Assembly: GCA_963771885.1 (NCBI GenBank)
Contig: CAVYVF010000023.1
Location: 384,001 to 448,000 of the forward strand
Direction of reading: 5' to 3'
From: Candidatus Bathyarchaeota archaeon
Lineage (GTDB): Archaea > Thermoproteota > Bathyarchaeia > TCS64
Length of the DNA: 64,000 nt
The position numbers and the translations under genes were made by a program. Within the stretch, counting starts at the first letter, position 1. Every line of letters begins with the position of its first letter. Shown piece by piece: positions 38,468-48,982 of this stretch. The notes under the pieces are model-generated. The model was not told the DNA's origin, searched no databases, and saw nothing but the letters and a program-made list of their open reading frames with translations.

Positions 38468-39772
38468 GTGATGACGGAGCCCCACCAGCTAACTGTCGCT
38501 CAGGCCGCCAAGAAGATTAGGCTCGACCAGTTGACTCCTCTTGAACTCGTGGATTCCCTCCTCGCGAGAATCGAGGAGTTGGAGCCCAAACTCGATGCAT
38601 GGGTTACAGTTGACGCTGAAGGCGCCCGAAAGACAGCGAAGACATTGACCGCAGAGGCTAAGAGAGGAAAACTTAGAGGGCCTCTCCACGGTATCCCCGT
38701 CGGCATCAAAGACATCTACGACACAAAGGGGCTCAAGACCACGATGGGGTCCCCCCTCTTCGCCAACAACGTCCCGAATACGGACTCAGCAGTCGTGGCG
38801 CGCCTCAGGGAGGCCGGCGCCATTATACTCGGGAAGACCGAGACCACCGAGTTCGCCTACCTCGACCCAGCCCCAACAAGGAACCCCTGGAACACTGAGC
38901 ACACCCCCGGGGGCTCGAGCAGCGGCTCCGCTGCGGCGGTCTCGGCACAGATGTGCGCCCTCGCCTTTGGCACACAGACCGGAGGCTCGGTCATGCGCCC
39001 CGCCTCCTTTTGCGGCATCACCGCAATCAAGCCAACCCACGACTTGCTGAGCAGGGAGGGGATCTACCCCCAGTCCTGGAGCCTCGACCACGCTGGCTTC
39101 ATGGCGAGGAGCGTCGAGGACCTGAGGCTAACCCTCGGGGCGCTCACAGGCGCCGAGTTCAAAACGAAGGTGCGGAAGCCCAGATTAGGTATCCCCACCA
39201 CGTACTTCAAAGAGGCGGGAACCAAAGAGGTCACGGTGAACTACGAGGACGCCGTGGCGAAGCTCAGGGGCGCTGGAGCCGAGGTAATCGACTTCAAGCT
39301 TCCCGAGTCGTTCAATGTGATCCACTCCGCCCATAGGATAATCATGTTCGCCGAGGCCGCTGCGGTCCACGAGGCGAAGTTCAGGGAGAACCCGCGACTC
39401 TACCGCCCCCATATGCAAGGCGAGGTCTACTCGGGGCTCATTATCCCCTCCTCTACATACCTGCATGCCCAGAGAATACGAGGCAAGTTCAGAAGCGAGC
39501 TAACTGTCTCCATGGAAGATGTAGACGCGCTGCTCATACCCTCGGCGCCAACACCGGCGTTAAAGGGGCTCGCGTCGACAGGGGATGCTGCGTTCAACGC
39601 CCCGTGGAGCCTCGCCGGGTTCCCAACAGTGACAATACCCTCAGGCTTAACCGGAGACTGCCTACCTCTAGGGGTTCAGCTAATAGCGAAGCCGTACGAG
39701 GAGGCGAAACTACTCGGGGACGCAGCCTGGTGCGAATCTGCTCTGTCCTTCAAAGCGGAGCCGCCGCTCTAG
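38468..39772 (+). CDS. Amidase signature family protein (GatA/AtzE-like)
   Basis: GIPVGIKD, PGGSSSGSAAAV, GTQTGGSVMRPASFCG. Confidence 0.93.
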   Translation: MMTEPHQLTVAQAAKKIRLDQLTPLELVDSLLARIEELEPKLDAWVTVDAEGARKTAKTLTAEAKRGKLRGPLHGIPVGIKDIYDTKGLKTTMGSPLFANNVPNTDSAVVARLREAGAIILGKTETTEFAYLDPAPTRNPWNTEHTPGGSSSGSAAAVSAQMCALAFGTQTGGSVMRPASFCGITAIKPTHDLLSREGIYPQSWSLDHAGFMARSVEDLRLTLGALTGAEFKTKVRKPRLGIPTTYFKEAGTKEVTVNYEDAVAKLRGAGAEVIDFKLPESFNVIHSAHRIIMFAEAAAVHEAKFRENPRLYRPHMQGEVYSGLIIPSSTYLHAQRIRGKFRSELTVSMEDVDALLIPSAPTPALKGLASTGDAAFNAPWSLAGFPTVTIPSGLTGDCLPLGVQLIAKPYEEAKLLGDAAWCESALSFKAEPPL

Positions 39773-40545
39773 CCGACTGTCTTTATCTCTCTGCCGTTCT
39801 CGATGGCGACGAGTTCGACGTACTTCGACAGTCCCGATGTCTCAACCTTTTTCCCTATGACCTCCTCGATCTGGAAGACACCCGCGGGGTTATCCATATA
39901 GATCCTTATTGAGACTGGCTTGTCGTCACCAACTGCGATATCAACCCTCTTTATCGAGATTGCGGAGAGGCTGTGCATGTCCACCTTCCCACCCTTGTAG
40001 GGTATACGGGCGCGCCCCTCCGCCATGTCCGTGCCGTCCGCCACCTTAGCGCAACCCGCCTCGATGCTCAACGCCTTGATCGGGTCCTCGTGTGCATATA
40101 TCGCGTGAAGAGTCTCGCACTTCAACTTCATGACGAGCTCTGGAGACTCTGCATAAACTGTGGAATAGATCCTATCGAGGATCGGGGCTGCTAGGTAACA
40201 GCTATGCATGATGTGTTCAGTTCTGTGGACGCTGTTGCCGATGTCGTGGAGGTAGCTACCCACCATGGCAACTAGTTTCGCCCCCTCAATGTCGCAGATG
40301 CCGTTAGCGACCGTCGTCGGCTCCACCACGCGGGAGATATGGTCTAAGATCTCAAGACTGCTCCCCGCCGCGATACGCGCGTGAACAGGGCCGTGGTCGT
40401 TGTAGTTTAGACGCTTCACCACCATCTCGTTAGACATACGTAGGTGGGCCTGGACCTCAGCATCGCCCTCGAGGATGTCGAAGACACGGCGCACACGCGG
40501 CTCCGCGAGGTGGCTGAATATGAGCCTGTTTGAGACAGTAACCAT
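39769..40545 (-). CDS. HD-domain phosphohydrolase
   Basis: NDHGPVH, LHDIGN, VADGTDM. Confidence 0.88.
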   Translation of the reverse strand: MVTVSNRLIFSHLAEPRVRRVFDILEGDAEVQAHLRMSNEMVVKRLNYNDHGPVHARIAAGSSLEILDHISRVVEPTTVANGICDIEGAKLVAMVGSYLHDIGNSVHRTEHIMHSCYLAAPILDRIYSTVYAESPELVMKLKCETLHAIYAHEDPIKALSIEAGCAKVADGTDMAEGRARIPYKGGKVDMHSLSAISIKRVDIAVGDDKPVSIRIYMDNPAGVFQIEEVIGKKVETSGLSKYVELVAIENGREIKTVG

Positions 40546-40594
40546 TTGGCATCCGATGTGAATAGGCGCGTCGAGCCATAAACATCTATCTGGG

Positions 40595-41647
40595 TCACGC
40601 GACGAGGGGTACAAGCAGAACCGCTGAGACGAAGGCTAACAGTCCCGCCGTCACTGCGATTGTCGCAGCTAGGATAATCGGCTTAGGCCCCAGCTTGAGT
40701 ATGCTACTGAAGCTCACCTTCGACCCCACGCCGGCGAACGCCGTCGCGAAAGTGAATGGGAGGATCGTGCTTGAGAAGTAAGCCTTAATGGCGACCCAGT
40801 CGACTCCCGCTCCGAGAAGCTGCGCCACGTTGAGGTCAAGGAAAGCGCACACTATTGAGCCGATTGTAAAGGCAACCGCAAAGAGAGGCACTGTGAATTT
40901 CGCCTTTCCGCTCCCTCCCTCACAGCGCTGGCAGTACCATGACATGGCGAAGACGACTGGCCCAATCATGAATATCCTCACCGACTTGATCAACATCGCT
41001 GTCTGGACCACTGAGGCGTCCACGGCCCCCGCAGCAGCTATCACCTGCGCAGTCTCGTGTATGCCCGCCCCTACCCACACACCGTAGGCGTCCAGACTAC
41101 CTCCTAACAACCCGTTAACTGGCGTACTCAGGAAGAGGAACGGGTACAGGAGCATCGAGATGAGTCCAAATAGTGTAATTCCGGACACAGCCAGCCCAGC
41201 CTCCTCCTCCTTAGCGTTGACCGCGGGGGTGAGCGCAGCGATCGCAGAGGCCCCGCAGATCGCTGTCCCGGCGCCGATGAGTGCAGCCAACCGTCTGTCG
41301 AGCCCAAGTCTCCCCCCGAGCCATAGGCTCAAGCCTAGAGCAGCAAAGATGACGGCGAATGCCGCGACGACGCCGACGCCCACACGCGTCCAGATGAGTG
41401 CACTCGTTACGAAGCCGAGCACCGCCACTCCCAAGCGAAGCAGTTGCCCAGAGCAGAAGCCAACACCGCTCTTGAACGCACTGCGAAGACCCATTGTGTT
41501 CGCAACAAGTATCCCGAAAATGAAAGCCCAGAGCATCGGGCTTACGGGCTTATAGTATCCCCATATCAGGAAGGAGATTGAGGCGATGCCTATACAGTAG
41601 ACGAATCCGGGTAAAGCAGCTGTTACTCCCCTAGACGATGCGACCAA
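40595..41647 (-). CDS. YeiH/UPF0324 putative sulfate exporter family membrane protein
   Basis: GTAICGASAIAA, GAGIHETAQV, KSVR. Confidence 0.88.
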   Translation of the reverse strand: MVASSRGVTAALPGFVYCIGIASISFLIWGYYKPVSPMLWAFIFGILVANTMGLRSAFKSGVGFCSGQLLRLGVAVLGFVTSALIWTRVGVGVVAAFAVIFAALGLSLWLGGRLGLDRRLAALIGAGTAICGASAIAALTPAVNAKEEEAGLAVSGITLFGLISMLLYPFLFLSTPVNGLLGGSLDAYGVWVGAGIHETAQVIAAAGAVDASVVQTAMLIKSVRIFMIGPVVFAMSWYCQRCEGGSGKAKFTVPLFAVAFTIGSIVCAFLDLNVAQLLGAGVDWVAIKAYFSSTILPFTFATAFAGVGSKVSFSSILKLGPKPIILAATIAVTAGLLAFVSAVLLVPLVA

Positions 41648-41689
41648 TAGGCACCTCCACTTCCGTTCGGACTTCTAAAGATTTCTCAG

Positions 41690-42454
41690 CTACTTAATGG
41701 GCAAGTATATCGTGAAGGTCGTTCCCTTTCCCGTCTCGGTTTCGAACGAGATCGACCCGCCCATCGCCTCAAGGTTCCTCTTGGCCGCGGCGAGAGCTAG
41801 ACCATAGCCGCCCCTCTTCTTCGCGCCGAAGGCGATGAAAACCTTGCTGCGGATCGCCTCAGGGATGCCCGAGCCGGTGTCGCTTATGCGAACCAAAATG
41901 TTCCCTCCGTCAACATATGAAGAGACCGTTAAATTACCACCGTTCGGCATAGCCTCAACGGCGTTTTTAATTAGGACAGCGAAGTCCCGCTTAATTTTTC
42001 CTAGGTCAAGCATTGTGTCAGGTATTGCGGGGTCGAGGCTCTTCGAGACGACTATGCCCCCGGGCACCATGACGTCCTCAAAGCTCTTCTCGATGATCTT
42101 GTTGACGTTTCCCTTCATCAACATTATCTCGTGGCCGCGATAGTATTCCCTGAAGGCGTCGAGAATCCCGGTTGCCTGCTTGAGGGCATCTCCAATCTTC
42201 GGGTAGTAAGTCGTGTCCCCGGGCTTTCGCTCCATCAGAAACAGACTATTAGTTATAATTTGGAGGGGTCCCCTTAGGTCGTGGGCGAGTTCCGATGAGA
42301 CGCGGGTCATCTCCGCTTGGAATTCCGCCTTCGCGACCTCACGCACCCGTTCGTCTATCGAGTCCTTTAGCTCAGCGTACCTCTTCTCGCTCTCAGCAAG
42401 GGCACACCGAAGTTCCTCAATCGACTGTGCCTCCGTCATGCCCATTCCCAGCAT
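41690..42454 (-). CDS. Cytoplasmic histidine kinase (HisKA + HATPase) without obvious sensor
   Basis: LAHDLRGPL, NAVEAM, DTGSGI, GYGLAL, GKGTTF. Confidence 0.9.
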   Translation of the reverse strand: MLGMGMTEAQSIEELRCALAESEKRYAELKDSIDERVREVAKAEFQAEMTRVSSELAHDLRGPLQIITNSLFLMERKPGDTTYYPKIGDALKQATGILDAFREYYRGHEIMLMKGNVNKIIEKSFEDVMVPGGIVVSKSLDPAIPDTMLDLGKIKRDFAVLIKNAVEAMPNGGNLTVSSYVDGGNILVRISDTGSGIPEAIRSKVFIAFGAKKRGGYGLALAAAKRNLEAMGGSISFETETGKGTTFTIYLPIK

Positions 42455-42590
42455 TCTATAGGCGCGAGAAAGGGTATATCCCTCTTTTGGATTTGAAGCA
42501 CGATAACCCTTAAACCGGAGCTCTAGGTGATTCTAACCCACCCATCGGGGGTCGGAACTCCTGAGTAAGAAACAGTCGGCGTCTGCATCA

Positions 42591-43430
42591 GTGATAGGCG
42601 GCTTCCTAGTCTTTTGCCTAAAGCTCGCCGCATTCTTCATCTCGGGTTCCGTTGCCCTCCTCTCCGACGCGCTTGAATCCATCGTGAACATAGTCGCCTC
42701 TCTTATGATGTTCATATCGGTCAAGGTATCGGGTGAGCCGGCCGATGTCGACCACCCATACGGGCATGAGAAGGTTGAGAACATCTCTGCCTTCGTCGAA
42801 GGCGCTCTCATTTTGGTGGCGGGACTCCTAATCGCCTATACCGCCATTGGGAGACTCTTTAACCCCGTCGAACTCGGCAGCCTCGATCTCGCCCTCATAG
42901 TATCGTTAGTCGCCACGGGGATAAACGGGGGGCTATCTCTTTACCTTGCCAGATCCGCGAAGGCACATGGTTCCTTAGCTCTCGAAGGCGACGCTAAGCA
43001 CCTACTCTCCGACGTTCTATCTTCTGTGGGCGTAGTCGTAGGGTTATTCATCGCCAAGCTAACAGGGTGGACTATACTTGATCCGCTCATCGCACTCCTC
43101 ATGGCCCTCATAGTCTTCCGCATGGGCACCGAACTCGTCACAAAGGCGGGAAACGGGCTGCTCGATCAAGCCGCTGACGACGAGCAGAAACAGATCGAGG
43201 CGCTCCTAAACGCACATCAACCCCAATTCATCGACTACCACAACGTCAAGACACGCCGAAGCGGGAACAAGGTATTCGCAGAGCTACACTTGACCGTCGA
43301 CCCCAACCTCACCGTCCAGAAGGCGCACGACTTGACGAAGCATCTCGAGGAGAGGCTGAATATGGAGATGCCTAAGGTCAGCCTAACCATCCACGTCGAG
43401 CCGCCGAAGGCGCACGGCGACGCCGACTGA
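42591..43430 (+). CDS. Cation diffusion facilitator
   Basis: SDALES, HPYGHEK, HLLSD, HVEP; true start may lie slightly upstream. Confidence 0.9.
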   Translation: MIGGFLVFCLKLAAFFISGSVALLSDALESIVNIVASLMMFISVKVSGEPADVDHPYGHEKVENISAFVEGALILVAGLLIAYTAIGRLFNPVELGSLDLALIVSLVATGINGGLSLYLARSAKAHGSLALEGDAKHLLSDVLSSVGVVVGLFIAKLTGWTILDPLIALLMALIVFRMGTELVTKAGNGLLDQAADDEQKQIEALLNAHQPQFIDYHNVKTRRSGNKVFAELHLTVDPNLTVQKAHDLTKHLEERLNMEMPKVSLTIHVEPPKAHGDAD

Positions 43431-43471
43431 CTTTTTCAACCCGAAGCCACACAGAGTAGGCGGGTGTAACA

Positions 43472-44248
43472 GTGGGCAACATCATCGACAAATTCTCATT
43501 AAAGAACCAGGTGGGCATCGTCACTGGCGGAGGACAGGGGCTGGGCAAGGTCTTCAGCCTTGCATTTGCCGAAGCCGGGGCCGACGTCGTCATAGCTGAA
43601 CTCAACCACAAAACCGGACCTGAGACCGCCAAGGAGGTAGAGGCCCTTGGACGCAAATCACTTTTTATCGAAACAGACGTTACAAACCGCCTAAACCTCG
43701 AAACCCTAGTATCGAAAACCGTCGAACACTTCGGACGCCTCGACTTCATCATGAATAATGCAGGCATAGTCAAGTGGTGCCCTGCCGAGGACGTCACTGA
43801 GAAAGACTGGCGCGCCGTCATCGACGTCAACCTTAACGGCCTCTTTTATTGTTGCCAGGCGGCGGCGAGGCAAATGATCAAGCAGAAGAGCGGACGCATA
43901 ATCAACATAGCTTCCATGTCCGGTTATATTGTCAACCGTCCGCAGCCGCAGGCTAGCTATAACGCCTCAAAGGCAGCTGTCATACACCTCACGCGGAGCC
44001 TCGCCGCGGAGTGGGCGCAGCATAACATACGCGTAAACGCGATCGCTCCCGGCTACATGGACACTGCTATGACCCACAAGGCCTTCGAGGACCCCGCATA
44101 CGGCCCCATCTGGACAGACGGTATACCCATGCACCGGCCTGGACGCCCTGAGGAACTTGCCCCGCTCGCTGTCTTCCTTGCGAGCGAGGCTTCGAGCTAC
44201 GTCACGGGCTCCACGATCCTTATAGACGGCGGATACACGGCCTGGTAG
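43472..44248 (+). CDS. Short-chain dehydrogenase (sugar/polyol type)
   Basis: TGGGQGLG, NNAG, YNASK. Confidence 0.92.
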   Translation: MGNIIDKFSLKNQVGIVTGGGQGLGKVFSLAFAEAGADVVIAELNHKTGPETAKEVEALGRKSLFIETDVTNRLNLETLVSKTVEHFGRLDFIMNNAGIVKWCPAEDVTEKDWRAVIDVNLNGLFYCCQAAARQMIKQKSGRIINIASMSGYIVNRPQPQASYNASKAAVIHLTRSLAAEWAQHNIRVNAIAPGYMDTAMTHKAFEDPAYGPIWTDGIPMHRPGRPEELAPLAVFLASEASSYVTGSTILIDGGYTAW

Positions 44249-44370
44249 ACTCAGCTATGATAATTCCCCATCTCTACACCTTAACGAGCTAAAGGCGCGC
44301 GCTAACAGGAACTCGACGAGGGGTAACCATTTTTATTCAAGAGATCGGCTACAAGCGCGTGCCCGCCACC

Positions 44371-45558
44371 TTAGGGCTGGTTCCGCTCTTTCAGCTGCAG
44401 CACGAGGAGCAAGTTGATCACTAGCATCGCGGCGCCGACATAGAAGGAGGCGACGTAGCCGAAGGGCACACCAGCGAATGTGAGCACGCCGCTGAAGAAT
44501 AGGGGGCCGACGACACCGCCGAAGTCGAAAAAGGTCCTGTAGGTCCCGATCGCCATACCTCGGCTCTCCCCCGGTACCGAGTCTGCGATGAAAGCCGGCG
44601 TCACCCCGTAGACTATGCCCCAGAAGAAGCCGTTGAGGAACATGAGTGGCAGCATTAACTCGAACAACCCCGTGAGGCTGAGCCCGATGAGACTCACGAC
44701 ACCCACTATAAAGCCTAGGGCTAGCACCCTCTTCCTACCCAGCCTATCAGAGAGTGTCCCACCAAGGAGATTTCCTGTGATGTTGCCAGCAGTGCTCAGC
44801 GAGACGAGTAACCCATATCCTGCGAGGGTGAAGGCGAGCTCCTCTGTCACGTAGAGGGGCATCAGTGTCCCCATCAGACCGTTGTTCATCATCATGCAGA
44901 CGAAGTTGATGAGGCAGCACGCGATTAGTGTCCTATTCATAAGCCCATTGAGCACTAAGCGGCTCGGGAGGATCGACGAGAGCTTCACGGGCCCCGCTTG
45001 CTTTCCACCGCCCTTAACTAGTAATACAACACCGAGTGCAGCGAAACCGACAGCTGCGCAGAGCAGGAAGATCGAGCGAAGTCCCAGTCCCACGGCGAGA
45101 AAGCCGCTCACGGTCTGACCGAGAAAGCTCCCCGTAAGCTCCACCGCTTGGAAAAGTCCAAGGTAGCGCCCCCTAGTTTTATTCGGGAAGAGGCTGCTAA
45201 CGTAGGTCATACCAATGCAAAAGAAGCTCGCGTCTCCCACCCCCCAGAGTGCGCGGGCGACGATTAACACCCAGATGTCGTTCGTTAAGTAGCAGGCGAG
45301 AGCACCGAAGATGCCGAAGAACCGCCCCGCGATGAGGAGTCTACGAATCGCCACCTTGTCGCTGAGTACGCCTATCGGGAACTCGGCGAGCATCCTGACG
45401 ACGAAGTAGCCGGAGACGGCGAGACCGACGAGGAATATGGGTGCCGTGAAGCTCTGCCTGACGAATGGGGCGAATATGGGGTAGATGAGCCCGCCGGCGA
45501 ACATCGTCAGCGTGCCGCCGACGACCATGAGAAGGTACTCGCGGCTCTCCGGCTTCAA
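44371..45558 (-). CDS. MFS transporter
   Basis: 12 TM, GTLSDRLGRK. Confidence 0.9.
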   Translation of the reverse strand: MKPESREYLLMVVGGTLTMFAGGLIYPIFAPFVRQSFTAPIFLVGLAVSGYFVVRMLAEFPIGVLSDKVAIRRLLIAGRFFGIFGALACYLTNDIWVLIVARALWGVGDASFFCIGMTYVSSLFPNKTRGRYLGLFQAVELTGSFLGQTVSGFLAVGLGLRSIFLLCAAVGFAALGVVLLVKGGGKQAGPVKLSSILPSRLVLNGLMNRTLIACCLINFVCMMMNNGLMGTLMPLYVTEELAFTLAGYGLLVSLSTAGNITGNLLGGTLSDRLGRKRVLALGFIVGVVSLIGLSLTGLFELMLPLMFLNGFFWGIVYGVTPAFIADSVPGESRGMAIGTYRTFFDFGGVVGPLFFSGVLTFAGVPFGYVASFYVGAAMLVINLLLVLQLKERNQP

Positions 45559-45653
45559 TCTGGGTCCGCCCGATACCCACGCACCGCGGGGATTTAAACA
45601 CCGACCCCGCCCTCAGATAAGTTTTTCAGCCCACGCCCCCCGGGTTCAAGGCG

Positions 45654-46890
45654 GTGGGGTTCTACGAGCAAAAGGGAGCTTCTCGTCAGTAAGATAGAGA
45701 ACGGAATAGTCATAGACCACATCCCCTCGGGGAAGGCTTTCCAAGTCCTCCGACTCCTAAAGGTGGAGCCGGATGCCCAGGCGCTCATCGCCCAGAACGT
45801 GGAAAGCAAGACGATGGGGCGGAAGGATCTCATAAAGATCGAGGGAACCTATCTCACGAGCAAACAGATAGACCTCATAGCCTTCCTCGCACCCGACGCC
45901 ACCCTCAACATTATACAGGACTGGGACGTGAAGGAAAAGAGGCGGATACAGCTCCCGAAACAGGTCGAGGGTATATTCAGGTGCCCTAACCCCCTCTGCC
46001 AAACGAACGCCCCCTTCAGTACATTCAAGACAAACTTCAAGGTCGAGAAGGGGGAGCGCATCGAGGCGACCAAGCTCAATTGCACCTACTGCTCAAGCGT
46101 AAGCTACTACGGCCCCGTGCTAGAGCAGCTCACGCGTGACGACTTCACTATCGAGGGTAGCGGGCTCGTCAGCCAGGAGAAGATAGAGCGTGTCCTCCTA
46201 GACGCCCTCATCAAGGGCGGAGCCCTGCGCTTCCCTACAAGCTCCAAGGAGCTCTTCCTGCTTAAGAGCGGGCGCAAGAGCCCCTACTTCGTCAACCTCG
46301 GCGCCCTCACAGATGGCGAGAGCCTCGGCAAGCTCAAGTGGGCCTTCGCCAGCTACATCGCCCTCCAGATGGAGAAGGGAGAGTTACCAGACTTCGACTA
46401 CGTTTTCGGCCCGAGCTACAAGGGCATCAGTCTCGCTGCTCTCACCTGCGAGGGACTCCGCGAACTATACGGCATGAAGAAGCGCTTCATGTACGACAGG
46501 AAGGAGGAGAAGAGCTACGGCGACATGACCGCCGACAAGGTAATCGTCGGCGCTGGCTACTACAAGCCGGGTCAGCGTATACTCGTTGTCGATGACACTA
46601 TTACTACGGGCGCCACGAAGGTGGACACTTTCGAGAAGCTCCACTTACTTGAGGACCACAAGGTAGTCGGACTCGTAATTGCAGTCGACAGGCAGGAGAA
46701 GATGGGCGACGCCGAGCACATAGAGGCGAAGACCCCCACTGAAAACATACAGGACGAGCTAGGCATTAGGGTCTTCAGTATTCAGAATATCAAGAGCATC
46801 TACGGACTCATCAAGGATGGGCTCGACCCCGAGATGAAGAAGCTCTGGCTCGACTACTACAACAAATTCGGGATAGTCAAACTGGAGTAG
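45654..46890 (+). CDS. pyrI-pyrE: Fusion of aspartate carbamoyltransferase regulatory subunit (PyrI) and orotate phosphoribosyltransferase (PyrE)
   Basis: In-frame ELLVSKIENGIVIDHIP upstream of the ORF call, CPNPLC/CTYC zinc site, then LKSGRKSPYF and VVDDTITTG; GTG at 45654 is one base out of frame (GGGG). Confidence 0.85.
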
Positions 46891-46923
46891 CCGTTTTTAT
46901 TCCGCAACTCCGCTTCCCCATCC

Positions 46924-48306
46924 ATGGAGCGGTTTGATGTACTCGTCGTCGGCTCGGGTTCGGGTATGACGATAGTCGAGGGTGCCCTCAACAAGGGGTT
47001 GAGGGTTGCACTCGTCGAGAAGGATGAGCTAGGAGGAACCTGCCTCAACAGGGGGTGTATACCGAGCAAGATGGTAATATACCCCGCAGACGTCGTCGAG
47101 GAAATTAAGCGCGCCGCCGCCCTCGGGGTCAAGGTGACCATAGACAGGATCGACTTCCAGACGATAATGGCGCGTATGAGGCGTAGCGTTGAGGAGGACC
47201 GTCGCCACATGGAGGAGAGCGTGGCGCGCATCAATACTCTCCGTTATTACCACGCGGTTGGCGAGTTCACGGGCGACTACAGGATGACGGTCGCCGGCGA
47301 TGAGATCGAGGCGAAGAACGTTTTCCTAGTCTCGGGTGCGCGTCCCGACATTCCAGCCATCAATGGCCTCGACAAGGTACCCTACCACACAAGCAGGGAC
47401 ATTTGGGAACTAAATAGCCCCCCCGAGAGCCTGATAATCATAGGTGGAGGCTATATCGCAGCAGAAATGGCTCACTTCTTCAGCGGCATCGGCGTCGATG
47501 TTAAGGTACTTAGCCGGAGTCCCCGACTTCTTAGACGTGTCGAGCCCGAGATCGGTGAGACTCTTACGCAGGCTCTTAGGGCGAGGATGACTGTTAAAAC
47601 CGGAGTCGAGTTCCTTGGCGTGACTGAGTCGGGCGGTATCAAGGAGGTCACGGTCAAGGAAGGTAGCGAGGAGCAAGTCTATCGGGCTGACAATATACTC
47701 GTCGCTACCGGGGAGAGGGGAAACGCTGACCTGCTCAGGGTTGAGAAGACCGGCGTTGCCGCCGATGAGAGGGGCTACATAAAGGTGAATGAGTTCTATG
47801 AGACTGGCAAGCCCCGCATCTGGGCCTTCGGCGATGCCATCGGCAGGGCGATGTTCAAGCACGTCGCCAACAGAGAAGCTGAGATTGTCTGGCACATCTT
47901 CGACCATGGCCACAAGCAAGTTCTCGACTACGACAAGGTCCCCTACGCTGTTTTCACCTCACCGCAGGTAGCTGGCGTCGGCATTACTGAGGATGAGGCC
48001 AAACGCCGCGGGCTCGGCTACCTCGTGGGCAGCTACGCCTACGCGGATACCGCATATGGCGCCGCGATGGGTGAGAAGGTTGGCTTCGTCAAGCTCATCG
48101 CAGAGGAGAAGAAACACTTCATACTCGGCTGCCATATAGTTGGGCCTCAAGCGGCGACGCTGATACACGAGGTCATCATCGCCATGAACGCCGGAGACGG
48201 ATCAGTCTACCCATTGCTTGACTCCATGCATATCCACCCCGCCCTCAGCGAGGTCGTCCAGCGCGCTGTCTGGCGCCTTCAGAAGCCTATCCACAACAAC
48301 GAATAG
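46924..48306 (+). CDS. Dihydrolipoamide dehydrogenase / mycothione reductase-like flavoprotein disulfide reductase
   Basis: GSGSG, GGTCLNRGCIPSK, GGGYI, HIHPALSE. Confidence 0.9.
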   Translation: MERFDVLVVGSGSGMTIVEGALNKGLRVALVEKDELGGTCLNRGCIPSKMVIYPADVVEEIKRAAALGVKVTIDRIDFQTIMARMRRSVEEDRRHMEESVARINTLRYYHAVGEFTGDYRMTVAGDEIEAKNVFLVSGARPDIPAINGLDKVPYHTSRDIWELNSPPESLIIIGGGYIAAEMAHFFSGIGVDVKVLSRSPRLLRRVEPEIGETLTQALRARMTVKTGVEFLGVTESGGIKEVTVKEGSEEQVYRADNILVATGERGNADLLRVEKTGVAADERGYIKVNEFYETGKPRIWAFGDAIGRAMFKHVANREAEIVWHIFDHGHKQVLDYDKVPYAVFTSPQVAGVGITEDEAKRRGLGYLVGSYAYADTAYGAAMGEKVGFVKLIAEEKKHFILGCHIVGPQAATLIHEVIIAMNAGDGSVYPLLDSMHIHPALSEVVQRAVWRLQKPIHNNE

Positions 48307-48359
48307 CCGAGACCGTTTATATCCAGAGCCACCCAAACCCAACGTGGAGATGCATCGCG

Positions 48360-48938
48360 GTGAACGTCGTCGACGCTATTGAGAAACGCAGGGCATACCG
48401 ATCACTGGATCCAGTTGAGATAACAGACGAGGTTGTACGGGACCTCGCGATCCACGCCGACCTCGCTCCAAGCTGCAACAACAACCAACCCTGGAGATTC
48501 ATTTTTGTCAGGGACCCCGCGCAGCTGGCGAAGATACATCTCGGCTTGTCGAAGAGTAATAAGTGGATCCAACTGGCGAGCATGATAGTCGCCGTGTTCA
48601 GTCGTGTCGAGGACGACTGCACCGACAGGGGTAGGGTATACCATCAATTTGACACAGGTATGGGTGTCGCATTCCTCATTCTGCGCGCAACCGAGCTGGG
48701 TCTAGTGGCTCACCCTGTCTCCGGATACGACGAGACGATAGTGAAACAGGCACTCGACGTCCCCGAGAACTACCAGTTGATAACACTTGTCAACATTGGC
48801 AAGCACTCGGAAAAGATCCACCCCTTCCTCACCGAAAAGCAGGCCCTGAGAGAGGTCGAGCGTCCCGCTAGGTTTCCCTTCGAGAGATACGCTTTCTTCG
48901 ACAGATACACGTCTCCCGAGCCCCCGCAGTCAATATGA
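48360..48938 (+). CDS. Nitroreductase family protein
   Basis: KRRAYR, APSCNNNQPWRF. Confidence 0.9.
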   Translation: MNVVDAIEKRRAYRSLDPVEITDEVVRDLAIHADLAPSCNNNQPWRFIFVRDPAQLAKIHLGLSKSNKWIQLASMIVAVFSRVEDDCTDRGRVYHQFDTGMGVAFLILRATELGLVAHPVSGYDETIVKQALDVPENYQLITLVNIGKHSEKIHPFLTEKQALREVERPARFPFERYAFFDRYTSPEPPQSI

Positions 48939-48982
48939 GTATCACCTAGGAGTTGAGTGGAAAAAAACGCGCGTGGAAGCAG

